Assembly (NCBI GenBank): GCA_025786725.1
Contig: JAHLTZ010000013.1
Span: 124,001 to 188,000 of the forward strand
Length of the DNA stretch: 64,000 nt
Source of the DNA: Syncephalis fuscata S228
Lineage: Eukaryota; Fungi; Zoopagomycota
Direction: 5' to 3'
The translations under genes were made by a program, and so were the position numbers. This document shows, one piece after another, positions 39,297 through 50,936 of the stretch (positions are counted from its first letter, which is position 1; every line of letters starts with the position of its first letter). Under the pieces are notes generated by a model. The model was not told the origin of the DNA. It worked only from the letters and a program-made list of their open reading frames with translations, and did not search any database.

Positions 39297-41130
39297 TGGT
39301 CCAATTGATGCTGTGTTTCATTAATTGTACATTTCTGATTAGCATATAAATGTTTTACTACTAGCTTAATTACCTTTAAAGCAGTTATGAAATAGAGTGT
39401 AACTAAAATTATAAAGATTGGACGTAGCTATCGGTCTATTTGGTTGTTTTGACAATTAATGCGTTATTATTGCAGTGTTTAAAAGCCTACTATTGCTGTT
39501 ACCTTGCAAGCTGTATTTGATAAATATGAGCAATGATGTGCTATCTTGTTGAAGTTCAGTAAGATTTGATAGGCATTCAAAATGATGACTTTACTAGAGA
39601 GAGATGCTATGGCAATTCAGACTTTATTTATCGACAACTTTGACTGGTTTATCATAAAATAACTTGGTGCTGTGTATTTTGAGCAATTATTGCCATTGGT
39701 CACAAATTACTAAAAACAGTTTAATTAGGATATTGCGAGGGAATACGCTAGTTATACATGGTTACGCATGCATATAAGGGGAGAGAGAAATACGCCACAA
39801 GCCACCAAGACTGTATTAGATAACCAAATAACACAATGCGCAATTATTGCCTTTGAATAAGAATTTGTCATCAATAAAGTATAATTTCTGCTATTACTAT
39901 ATTTGCTCACTATAATTATCTAGATTTTCCCACGCTCAGAATTGTTAAATGCGCACTTTTTGCCACTCCTATTTATAAAGAAAATAGCTATCTAAATAAC
40001 TATTTCTATCGATAAAAACTATATATATGTATTATTTACTTTTTAGTTTTATTTATTAATAAAATGTGTACAGCATGAAATACTGTGTGTCATTTAACAC
40101 TATTTTACAATCTGTTGTTTATAAATAATCTATTAATCCTCAGTATGATTTGGGATCAAATGGATATATTTAATAATGTTCGCGCAACTAACTACACATT
40201 TGTTCTATGGAACATGGAGACGAGTAGTGAGTTATGTCGGCCGTCAAATTTATTACATGATAAATCTATTATCATGCTTATTTTATACAAATAGATATAT
40301 CGTTACATTCTCGCAGTATTGCAATATTGATACTTGCATTATAGTATTATTCAACCTTCTACAGTCCCATACAGATTTATTTGACATTGGCTAATCCAGC
40401 AATTAATAGACATAAACGAGCAGTCCAATACATATTTTTAATAAAGCATTAAGCTTATGTCTACTTATTTTATTTATTTTATTTGTACGTATGGCTCAAT
40501 AAGTAAGCTAAGCCGGGTTTATAAATAATAAAGCTAGATTTAAGAAAATAGCCGTTATAAACAAAGTGTAGTCACTATAGTATATATTTATATATATTAA
40601 AACGAATATACAATGGCAAAGCATATAACGCAATGAGTAGACTGAGTAAAGTATGTTGGAACATATAATAAACAATAAAGTGTGTTTAGTATAGCATATA
40701 ATAATATAAGATAATGTAGGATATAATAATAATAATGTAAGTAAATGGTGGATATATACGTACTGGATAATGAATCTATGATGATGAGTATTTCGATGAT
40801 TGATGTCATTCACCATTCATCACCATGTTCAATAGAACGAGTATTATTAAATATAGCCATTTGATCATCAAATCACAATAAATCATTGACAATTTACATC
40901 AAATTATATAATAGCATCAAATTACATACTATGCTATGCAATTGGCGCAGTTTAACTTAATAATAAATGTCAGGTTTACATACTTTTAAAGGAAGAGTAA
41001 AATTTAAATGGCACTGTTTTATACATGTGTTAGCATAATAAAAGTAACAAAATTAAGATAATTGACTAGAAAAATGGTTTTACTATTTAGCTGCTTCGAG
41101 GTACATTTCTGTTGCCCGACTCGACGTTGT

Positions 41131-43668
41131 TCAAGGCCTAACAATGTAATCATATACATTGTGCCAGAATGTTGGAGTCGCTGTCTTGGATATAAATCTT
41201 TTACCAAGTTTTGACTTTAACGCAGCTGTATTATGGGCAGTATCGGCTGACCAGCGACGATGTCGTTCGCACTCATTTGAATAGGATAGAATTGACAATC
41301 GGAACGTTGTGCCCGTTTCTTCAACCATACAAACTTGCGTTGCACAAACAGCCAATTGCTCCGTGCTTAGTAATGGCCAACGTTTAGGCAAACGCACATC
41401 AGATAGCGCGCGACCAGCAGCCATATCAATAAGACAATACTGTCGATCCAACAATGAAGACGATGACAATGACGCTGTTGATGACGATGATGCTGCTTGG
41501 CGACGATAATTTAAGTCACCAACTGCACGATTATTTATTGTAAGCATAGCAGCAGGTGCCGTGGCGTGCGGCAATAAAGCAATTGGTTGTGTTGTCACTG
41601 GTGTTAATGACGATCGAGATCGACGCCGCAATCCCAGCGAACGAAAGCGCCAAGAATGAGATTGATGTTCAGAATTATTTGCTGTATTTAACATTGTTTG
41701 TGTTGGTATTAATGGCGATGGCTCAGCTGTTTCTTCGGATGTCCACGCCGATACATCGTGGGCTGATCGTGGCCGATGTGTAAAGCAAATACTACCAATT
41801 GCACGCCAAATGCGCGATGGCGGTTGACGATAATCATGCGCTGCGCTGAGTTGATAGCCATCATAGGTAAGATCAAAATGTACGCTACGTGACTGCCCAA
41901 CTGGTAGTAAACGTGGAGGTATGTCACGAAGGCCATGCGATCGATAAGGGCCGCAGCCAATACTTAGCGGTTGCTCAGGCACAACGGTTGAGTGCGCAAT
42001 ATAGTGCCGATAATGAGTTGCGGGTGGTTGAGCCTCAACTCGAACATTGTACCGATCGAGCCGACAGCTATGCCATTCGCCATTAAGCATTTCAACCGGT
42101 GCCGTATATCGACCACGACGACGACGACAACGACGAACAATTGGTAATGATAAATCGTATGCAGGCTTAAACGTAGACTTTTCATTACAACTGTCTTTAC
42201 CGTTGTCTCTATTTTTATCATTATAATTATAATGATATTGATGTGATTCCACTGTAGCAATTGCAGCGGCTGTTTGATCAGCCAACGTCATTGGAATCAT
42301 TGGCACGGCCCATAATTCCCATTCAAGCTGTGCAGGTTCGTTTATCGCTGCATTGTGATCAGCAGATTTACTATTTTTCTTATTACTATTATTATTATTA
42401 CTGTTACTGCCATGATTATTATTATTGGTTGTATTGTCGATAAGTCGGGCACAATAAACATGAATAGTTGTCACAATTCGAGGCCAAACACTGCCTCGTT
42501 CTTCAACTTCCTCGACATGTTCGCTTAATGATTGAATATGACATGTAGCATATCTTCCTGGTACACTAACCGTACGGCATCGTCCTGTTGCCAAATGTAA
42601 TAAAGCAAATTCACGATGATGCTGCCAGGCAGCCATGGCATGCTGAATAAGTAGCCAGCCACGTCGTAGCTCTGCTGGATATCGAGTATTATCCCGTAGT
42701 AATGGAACATTAAGCGGCGGTAATGACACCACATCACTGTTTTTAATCCATGGTGATGCGGTAGCTGTAGTTGTCACTGGAGTAAATCCTCCTGCAGCTG
42801 GATACCATACAAATACTGTATGTTTACCCCAGCCACTCGGCCAACTAGCAACAACGTGTCGTGCATCCATAAATATCTTCACCTTTTCGCCCGCCAGTTT
42901 GCCTGCTGTATTTAATTCAAATACACTTGGTATTGGTACATGTTTACCGGAAGGTGTTTGTGTCAACAGCACTTGACCCGTCACCTTGGCAATAGGTTGT
43001 AGTCGTGTGTAGGCAAAGGCATTTGTATGGCTAACCACCATTAACTGGCGCGTCGGATGTAGCATTAATACAGTGCGCCATCGACAGGTTGCCAAAATAG
43101 TCACATTATCGATCGAACGTGTAGAAATAGGTAGGTTTATACGACGTGTACGATATCGACTAGCACGCCAGTGTGATTCTAAACGGGCCCGTGCCCAAAA
43201 TGCTGTGTACCAATCTTGTTCGCGCAGATGTACAGGATCAGTAATGACGATAGAGGCGGGTCCACTACACCCAGTTGGTGTAATGGTACGTGAACGTCGC
43301 GGCGATAACGACAGCGTAACGGCCTGCCAGTCAATCCAGTCCCATTCCTCCCAAGCAAGGCCATAAACACGTTCTGCAACTGTGCGCCATAGCCAGACAT
43401 CGTGGGCGATAGCTACGTAAAGTGTATGACAAGTACAGGCAAGTGCAGCCATCGTTTGCGCACCAATTAACCCGGCTAGGCGGTCGAATTCGCCTCGAAA
43501 GGCAAGCGGCTCGTTAGGTGAATAAGCATCTGATGTTTCTTCTAATAAACTATTATTACTCCTATATTTTTTATATGGTGGCAAATGATAGACATTTGGC
43601 AAGAGTAAATCAAGTAGGATGTGGCGGCGTAGCTCAATGGGCAGTTCAAGCCAACGGTTAGGCTGCAT
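41131..43668 (-). CDS. F-box-like protein with uncharacterised C-terminus
   Basis: LELPIELRRHIL..LACTCHTLY..DVWLWR; WYTAFWARARLESHWR; long intronless ORF. Confidence 0.7.
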   Translation of the reverse strand: MQPNRWLELPIELRRHILLDLLLPNVYHLPPYKKYRSNNSLLEETSDAYSPNEPLAFRGEFDRLAGLIGAQTMAALACTCHTLYVAIAHDVWLWRTVAERVYGLAWEEWDWIDWQAVTLSLSPRRSRTITPTGCSGPASIVITDPVHLREQDWYTAFWARARLESHWRASRYRTRRINLPISTRSIDNVTILATCRWRTVLMLHPTRQLMVVSHTNAFAYTRLQPIAKVTGQVLLTQTPSGKHVPIPSVFELNTAGKLAGEKVKIFMDARHVVASWPSGWGKHTVFVWYPAAGGFTPVTTTATASPWIKNSDVVSLPPLNVPLLRDNTRYPAELRRGWLLIQHAMAAWQHHREFALLHLATGRCRTVSVPGRYATCHIQSLSEHVEEVEERGSVWPRIVTTIHVYCARLIDNTTNNNNHGSNSNNNNSNKKNSKSADHNAAINEPAQLEWELWAVPMIPMTLADQTAAAIATVESHQYHYNYNDKNRDNGKDSCNEKSTFKPAYDLSLPIVRRCRRRRGRYTAPVEMLNGEWHSCRLDRYNVRVEAQPPATHYRHYIAHSTVVPEQPLSIGCGPYRSHGLRDIPPRLLPVGQSRSVHFDLTYDGYQLSAAHDYRQPPSRIWRAIGSICFTHRPRSAHDVSAWTSEETAEPSPLIPTQTMLNTANNSEHQSHSWRFRSLGLRRRSRSSLTPVTTQPIALLPHATAPAAMLTINNRAVGDLNYRRQAASSSSTASLSSSSLLDRQYCLIDMAAGRALSDVRLPKRWPLLSTEQLAVCATQVCMVEETGTTFRLSILSYSNECERHRRWSADTAHNTAALKSKLGKRFISKTATPTFWHNVYDYIVRP

Positions 43669-44728
43669 GTTAAACAAGCTTAGAATAAAGAAGCGACAAA
43701 GTTCGGATCGGTAGTTCAAAAAAGATTAAAAACCAAAAAACGATGACTATAAGATATATTTATAGCTTAGCTGACTACTACTACTACTAATCGTCAGCTG
43801 AATATGGATGACGGAACGATATGTGTGAATGTCGGCCAGTCGGTGAAACTTAGTGAACGACCAGGTCTTGTTGAACCAATAGAACAACATAGCGACACTG
43901 CCGCTATCTATCCATAAACGGGCTGTACTTTCCAGGTCACTTGATAATCACGAGCTGTAAATAAAAGCTATGTTGTCAGTGCTATGCATTAACAATGGAC
44001 ACAAAAGGATCAACTATCCTACCGATAGGCTGTGCAACATGAATATACAAATTTATTTGCTTTTAGAATTAATGAGCTAAGGCAAAAGGAACATTTGCGT
44101 CATTTGTATGAATTGAATTAATAATCAGGCTGCTATAGCTGGGTACCAATTGATTGGTATCGATGCTAGTGCTTAAAGATATTAATGGTCAACCAGCACA
44201 AATATAATTACGATGATAATAATTGTAATTTAAACTACGTAATATCGTTTAAATATGCACCTAAATATCGTGTGTGTGCAATCGACAAAAGGAACTAATT
44301 AATAAAAATGCTAATTGGACACTAATCATAGTAGTCATTTAATTATGGTAGAATAAAACGAAAGGAATAGATAGAAAGCAGGGACCAGCCCTTGTACAAC
44401 CGAAATACATAATAATCGATGAAATAAAGTCATGAGAATGTGCAAGTAATCGTGGTAATAGCGAGAGAGAAAAAAGGCAACAAATACAAAATTAAAGAGG
44501 CGGTCATGGTTACTAAACAGGTATGTCAATGGCCTGGCGTACCGAGTCCAATTGAGGATTCTGTAAATCACCAAAGGCTCGCATTGAATCGTCGCTAAGA
44601 CGCTTTTCGATACGTTTTTTATGGCATATCACTAGAGAAGAGGAAGAAGAAAGAGCAAAGCGCAAAGGTAAACGTAAATAAAGATATTGTCGCGTGCAAT
44701 ACAGGTATATCCATCTATACATAGCTAG

Positions 44729-46879
44729 TTATCGTCGCTTACCACGTGCCTCTGAGGGTATTAGCGCTTTTGCATCGTAAATAAGCTGAGCCCAAGTACA
44801 AAAGCTTGCATAATCAGCTGTTTTTAACATAACGCTATCCTCGGCCGTGCCAAGCCGCACTAGATTCTCCTGGGTTACCGGATCGCTTGCCGCTGGTGCT
44901 AGACGAATGTCGGCCAGCATAATTGTGCGGCGATGTTCAAATACCCGTGGATCCTCTGTTTTATCGGCCAGCACAAGTCGATCGCTTAGTAGATAGCATT
45001 GAACTGGATATTCGCGCGTTTCCGAGCTATGGCTTGTACGATAGATAACCGCGCCTTCATACACAAGCTTTTGCGCAGCTGAAAGTACGGCATTTGGTAG
45101 TCGTGTTACCTTCATATGAATCTTGGCCGCCTCTTCTACATCTTCAACTTGGGCAAGAGCCGAAGCAGAGCGCTCAAGTAGGCGTTCAAGGCTTGCGTGG
45201 CATTCAACGGCATCGCGTTTATCAAAACTGTCATTTGGGCACAGCTCACTAATCTTCGCCATAAAGTGCATGTAACGACGTAGCTGCTCTTTTGGCGTAC
45301 CAAGGAATGCACGTATATTAACATGACCTGCTTCAGTCTCGCATACTTTGACCGCCTTGCGGAATCGACCATCGTGGAAACAGAGATTTTCAAAAGTTGT
45401 AAGTGCTGCTGGATATTTGCGCAAATAGTCGACATCAGCCTCAAAGCCTTGCAAACGCTTTTGGAAAAGCCCAACGACCGCACGGACCGATGTAGCCAGT
45501 GCTAATTTGTCAAGTGTACGTAGTTTGCCTAAAAAGTCATCGTGGAATTCAAGTAATACGACTACTTGGCCAAAAATACGTGCCAATAAATTCATACGCT
45601 CAGTCCGTGTACCAGTACCATTAGCATTAAAGGTAATCCATCGACGTACGGCACCATAACGGCGTTTTAAAGGCTCGTAAAACTGATCGCGTAGAGTTTG
45701 AAGCCGACGAACGTACAGGGCCTCAGCTTGTGTCTGAATCTTTAATAAATGTGCCAGTTTATGTCGGCGATCTTCGTTTAATACCGAAGGTGATGACTCT
45801 TTTGATAGCAACGTCTTTTCAACCGCCGAATGAGAACGGAATAATGGTGCAGCCATTAATTTTCCGGCATCCATTGTTGAATCCTCTGCCATACTCACTG
45901 CTGGCTGACGTAAAGGCAGTATTTTTTTATGCTGACTAACATTTACCTCCGAATAAGGTCGAATTATACTCGATAATAAATGTCTATACTTTTCATCATG
46001 TAATGCGCTCAATTCCACTTCAGTTTTAGGACGTATTGGTAGATTAGGTGGTGGCAATGGCTTATGAGATGGTGGCGGCATAACAATCATTGCCGACGTC
46101 ATTGTACGATTCCGTTTGTGACCAGCCTGTGTAATACTGTCCGTCGATTCGAATTGTTTGTTTTTCTCTTTTTGTGCTTGAATAATAATATACGAATCCG
46201 ATAACTTTTTAGCATGTGATACTCGTGGCCGATTTGCGCAAATTGGCGTTTTTTGTACTTTTGGTGGTTGATTCGTTGTTTTATCAGCATTTTCAAAATT
46301 ATTCTCCGACGATGTTACAGAAACACTCGATGAAACTGCATTCCTTGTGGTTATTGACTTTTCCGAATCGATTGTGACTGCTGGTTCTGAGGCCACCTTG
46401 TCGTTCAGTTTTGGCTGTGAACGATAAAGACGAGCAAATGTACTTGTTTTATTAGACCCATGTATTTGTGTCGGTTCTTGTTGAGATGTTTTATCATTGG
46501 GTATGTCATATTTTAACATAGTTTCGATGCTAGTCGATCCATTGGCTGCTGTTGATACCGTTGGCTTTATGGTACCTGTCAATGGCGGGGATAAAAGTTG
46601 TGCATTTTCTTCAACTAAGCGTAATAATTCTCCCAAATGCTGTTGATTTGATACATCGGCCGGCCTCACTGCTGCTGTATAACGTAGAGATACGCGACTA
46701 TGGCTGCCTTGACTGGACGAGCGTCCCATTCTACCACCACTATCGGCTCTTCGATGGCCTTGTTTCGTTGTAGTAGCTGATAATGAACGGCGTTTGACAT
46801 TAAATTCTGAGTTAATATCATCAAATGATGCTACAGCCTTAGCGATTGCATATGGCATAGTTGATTGATGTGCAATCAT
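44729..46879 (-). CDS. Divergent DH-PH RhoGEF-like protein
   Basis: AEALYVRRLQTL..FYEPL, IFGQV..LLEFHDDFL, FLGTPKEQLRRY, CYLLSDRLVL..WAQLI; intronless. Confidence 0.8.
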   Translation of the reverse strand: MIAHQSTMPYAIAKAVASFDDINSEFNVKRRSLSATTTKQGHRRADSGGRMGRSSSQGSHSRVSLRYTAAVRPADVSNQQHLGELLRLVEENAQLLSPPLTGTIKPTVSTAANGSTSIETMLKYDIPNDKTSQQEPTQIHGSNKTSTFARLYRSQPKLNDKVASEPAVTIDSEKSITTRNAVSSSVSVTSSENNFENADKTTNQPPKVQKTPICANRPRVSHAKKLSDSYIIIQAQKEKNKQFESTDSITQAGHKRNRTMTSAMIVMPPPSHKPLPPPNLPIRPKTEVELSALHDEKYRHLLSSIIRPYSEVNVSQHKKILPLRQPAVSMAEDSTMDAGKLMAAPLFRSHSAVEKTLLSKESSPSVLNEDRRHKLAHLLKIQTQAEALYVRRLQTLRDQFYEPLKRRYGAVRRWITFNANGTGTRTERMNLLARIFGQVVVLLEFHDDFLGKLRTLDKLALATSVRAVVGLFQKRLQGFEADVDYLRKYPAALTTFENLCFHDGRFRKAVKVCETEAGHVNIRAFLGTPKEQLRRYMHFMAKISELCPNDSFDKRDAVECHASLERLLERSASALAQVEDVEEAAKIHMKVTRLPNAVLSAAQKLVYEGAVIYRTSHSSETREYPVQCYLLSDRLVLADKTEDPRVFEHRRTIMLADIRLAPAASDPVTQENLVRLGTAEDSVMLKTADYASFCTWAQLIYDAKALIPSEARGKRR

Positions 46880-49554
46880 AGTGTAAATAATAGTATTAAT
46901 GTTGCTATTATTGCCAGATGACGGTGTTGTTGTTGTTATTGCTGTTACAAATAAAGTAAACTTATTGTTACAGTGCAACAATTTCAAATGTAAAGTAAGA
47001 AGTAGTAATAATGGCTTGAAATCCACTAGCCTGGTTCTATAGCAATATATTTAGAATAATTGGTAAATAACAAAGATGCCAAGTAATAAAATGGATAAGC
47101 AGCCGATAAATGGCTACTGTCGTTTATTTCCCGAAGCCAGTCGGTTACTATAAACGATGTAAATAATAGTTTGTAGTACTACTTTAAAAACTTCGTAAAG
47201 TAAAAAGAGAAGACTGCAGCAAAATGCTTTCTTGTTCGTACTAGCGTGCAAACAACTGCCTATCCAATAGACGGCAAATATAAAGAAGGGAAATGAGGAA
47301 TGTAGAAGAGGAGAAGTAGAAGTAGAAGATAAGGACCTAAGTCGCAAAGATATATAAATTGTGTTACTGGAAGAAATAATCTGGTTGAACAAGTCGTGAG
47401 ACGCGTGGAGCAATGGCCATAATAACGGCCATAAGTTACATCTCTATATTTGTCCATTGCCATGCAAGTGCTACTCCCTCTTACGCTTTCTATTTTTCTT
47501 TACGTCCTCCATCTCATATTTCTCATACCGTGCACGCGTCTATCGGCCTAGGTATAGATATGTTTTCCAGCGTACATACAAGCGATACTCGCTTGCTCCT
47601 CACCTGAAAGCCAAGGTTCTTCGACCGTTTGAGCCAAAAAAGAAAATGAATGATACACAGGGCAGTGTCGAGGTTACAAAGCGTGGAACAAGGGAGGAAG
47701 AAGGAGGAAAGGACTTGTTAACCGGTTACAACAGTATTCAGTGCCATTTGATGCACATGGTAATTATTCTGTCTCTGTCCTTTTTGCGTCTGCGTCTGTG
47801 TATACGTCTATATCTATGTCTGCGTACACGTCTATGTCTATGTGTACGCATGGCCAGGTTTTCTTGGCGAATACAAGTTACTATTGCTACTATAATTATG
47901 CGTTTTACTATTATTCTTCTTGTCGTCATTATTACGAATTTCATTGTTATTGTTGTATTGTCTAGCAAGTCAGCTGATTTTTTTTTCAAAAAAAATGCAT
48001 TTTAAAGTAAACATTGTATCACAATACGAACAATATCTATATTTATTTTAAATGTATATAGTAAAGTAGCTACAAAAGTTATAACTGAGCAAAAAGTGTA
48101 GCAGCTTATTTTACCGCAGTTCTAGTTGTGCAAAGTAATTTAGTTTTAGATATTTGCAGCTATTTGCATCATATTGTTTGTGCCTGAAAATAACATGGCA
48201 AATCCAATAAATTGTGGCGACAATTGTTTACGAATCTTGGGAACTGATGCATGTTTAAAACGCAAATTGATAAGCCGGAACTGGAAAAATACCCAACCAA
48301 CGACCAGCCACAAGGTCTAATGTTGTCTACAATACCGGTTCAGTGCATGCAATACAATAATAAAGAATTGACGTAATACCAGATTGGTTACCACGGGCCA
48401 CACACCAAGAAGTACTAATGAATTAGATTGGCTAGGCAATGAAAAAGAATAAAGCTAATGGCAATTGGTAAAGAAATAACAGTGGATACAGCCACTGAAC
48501 TATTGTACGGGAAATTGTATGCATGCAATAGTGGCGATATAGGCTGTGTTACTATTATGATTAGTGAGCAAAATTATTGTGTCAGTACAGTAGTGCGATC
48601 TCACACAACGTATCAACTCCTTTGACAAACTAGTCGAATATATGACATTGTTTTATATGCAAATATACATAACATAAGCAATAATAAAATATAGATAGGT
48701 TTGTAAAGTTATTTTTTAAATTACTTTGATAATAAAATATATGAAGAATTTATTACAATTTACTAAATCAATGGAATATATCGATTAAAATATAATCGAT
48801 TAGAAAAGCGTAAAAGTATAAACATTTACACTTATTTATTTAGCAATTGTATTATCGCATTTAGTAACTTGCTCTGATATTTCTAGTGATATATAACCTT
48901 TAAATACTATTTTTACGCTTATATAATTACTTTATACCATCAATGGCATTCTTTTATGCATTATATTCCACTTAATAGTTTTAATGACTAGAATGTATGT
49001 TATTACCAAGTATGGTAATTATAAATTACACTCTTTTCCCACGCTAAACATTGTAATTGCCTGCTTTTTATCGCGCTCAAGTCGCTACTTTACACTTACC
49101 CAAAAAGTAGCTATATAGCTGATTAGTTTTTATTATTAGCAACCACTGTCTAAAGCCTTTAACATTACGTTTTTGTGCATTTTTATATGCTTGCAATTGT
49201 TTTTATAATATCATTGCAATTTATTACAAAATGTCATTAAATTTAAATGTGAAAGCAATACTATCTTTCTCTCTTATACGACTAACTATAACTTTTTACA
49301 TTTCTTTGAGCATATGCTATACATGTATATCTTTAATATATATTGTGTAACCTTCAAAGGCCATTAAGCCTTTGAACTGATGGTCTATTCTTAAGAATAT
49401 GAAAATGATTATTGCTATAATCCAATCATTGTTTATTTATTCTCAAAACAGTTTTATTTAATTATAATTTTTATTTATTGCAATACTGTTTTTGCTCCTT
49501 TAGCTCTTTCTTTTTCTTTTCTTTATTGCTATTATTGTGATACAGACAAAAAGC

Positions 49555-50846
49555 ATGGAGAATAAACGGGATAAAATATTCATTTCAATACGACCATTAA
49601 TAAGAAATATGGCCATTACACCATTACCGATCGGTAATAATGATAATGATAACGATAATAGCTATGATGGTATAACTACAGTAACTGCTAGTTGCCCAAG
49701 TCGAGAAGGTTATTTGCCAGAAAATCTACTTCAATCGCTACAATCTAATTTGTGTAATGATATCCAGCAAGCATATCAACACCACACTACAAGCTGGATG
49801 GCAGATACATTTGTAAGACCACCAGTAGAATTAAGTTTTAAATTTAGGTAACTACTTGGTATTCATCACTTTCTTTATTTTACTAAACATGGCTACGCTT
49901 ATGGATATCATTCAATAGACATTCTGTAGAAATAATGGCGGTTGTAACAGGCACGGGTGTAGGTAGGCATACTATAAAAAGCATGCAACTATCGACGCGT
50001 TATCGGCATAGTCAATCATCTTCATCGGCCAAATCAAAACTTGCTTCAAAAATAATGGGTCGTATTGATATACCATTGGCAGTTGCATCGTTAGAAGCGT
50101 CAACGTCATTAGAACCATCTAGATCACAGCAAGATTATCATTCAAAGGTACGAATAAGTGACTATAGCTTTTATTATTCATTTATATCTATATTATTATT
50201 AGTCTGTGCTATTTAACTTTGATCCAAGTGTGCTATCTATTAATAACATACATGAGTATCTACCACCAACATCTCGACTTGTATCAACAACAATAAATAC
50301 ACCTATAATAGTTAATTGTCCACAAAATCGCCGATTATTTGTCGATCAACTTTCGTTAACATTGTTGTCAAGTAAGCAGCTTATATATATATGTGTGTGT
50401 ATCTATTTATTCACATTGGTAGTGTATGATGCTGCCGTCCCATCTTTACCATTTATCGAAATATGGGCATTACCCGGTCCTGAATGGTCATTAAATGAAT
50501 GGTCAGCGGCATGCACAATATATAAAGATTCAAATATAAATCATCATAATCATAATCACAATAATCCTGAACGCTTTATAGATCCAATTACGCATGAAAT
50601 AATGCGAGATCCAGTTCAATTACCATCAGGTCATTACTGTGATCGATATACAAATATCCTTTTACTTTTAAGAAGAAGAATAATAATAATACAGATTATA
50701 TTATTAACTAACTAAAAGTACTATTTAGACATTTGGAGCAATATCAAACAAATCCATTTACAGGACTTTCCTTATTTATTGAAGATATCAAAGACGCTAC
50801 CGAACTACGACAGGCCATCGCTCAATGGCGTAATGTACATAAATAA
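49555..50846 (+). CDS. U-box E3 ligase, UBOX5-like (5 exons, last intron AT-AC)
   Basis: EGYLPENLL..WMADTFVRPPVEL; U-box PERFIDPITHEIMRDPVQLPSGHYCDRYTIFRHLEQYQTNPFTG..ELRQAIAQW after splicing. Confidence 0.85.
50654..50721 (+). other. U12-type (minor spliceosome) AT-AC intron
   Basis: 5' ATATCCTTT, branch-like TTATTAAC ~13 nt before the terminal AC; removal restores the U-box in frame. Confidence 0.9.
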
Positions 50847-50936
50847 TTGATATTTATTATTAATAATAAAAACAATGATTATTACCGCCAAAGCACTAAT
50901 AAAATACAAATTAATAGTTTGTCGAGGTGGCAAAGT

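Noticed and set aside
47738-47989. Arg-rich protamine-like ORF
   Set aside because: Arises from a degenerate 6-nt purine-pyrimidine repeat upstream of the RhoGEF; non-ATG start
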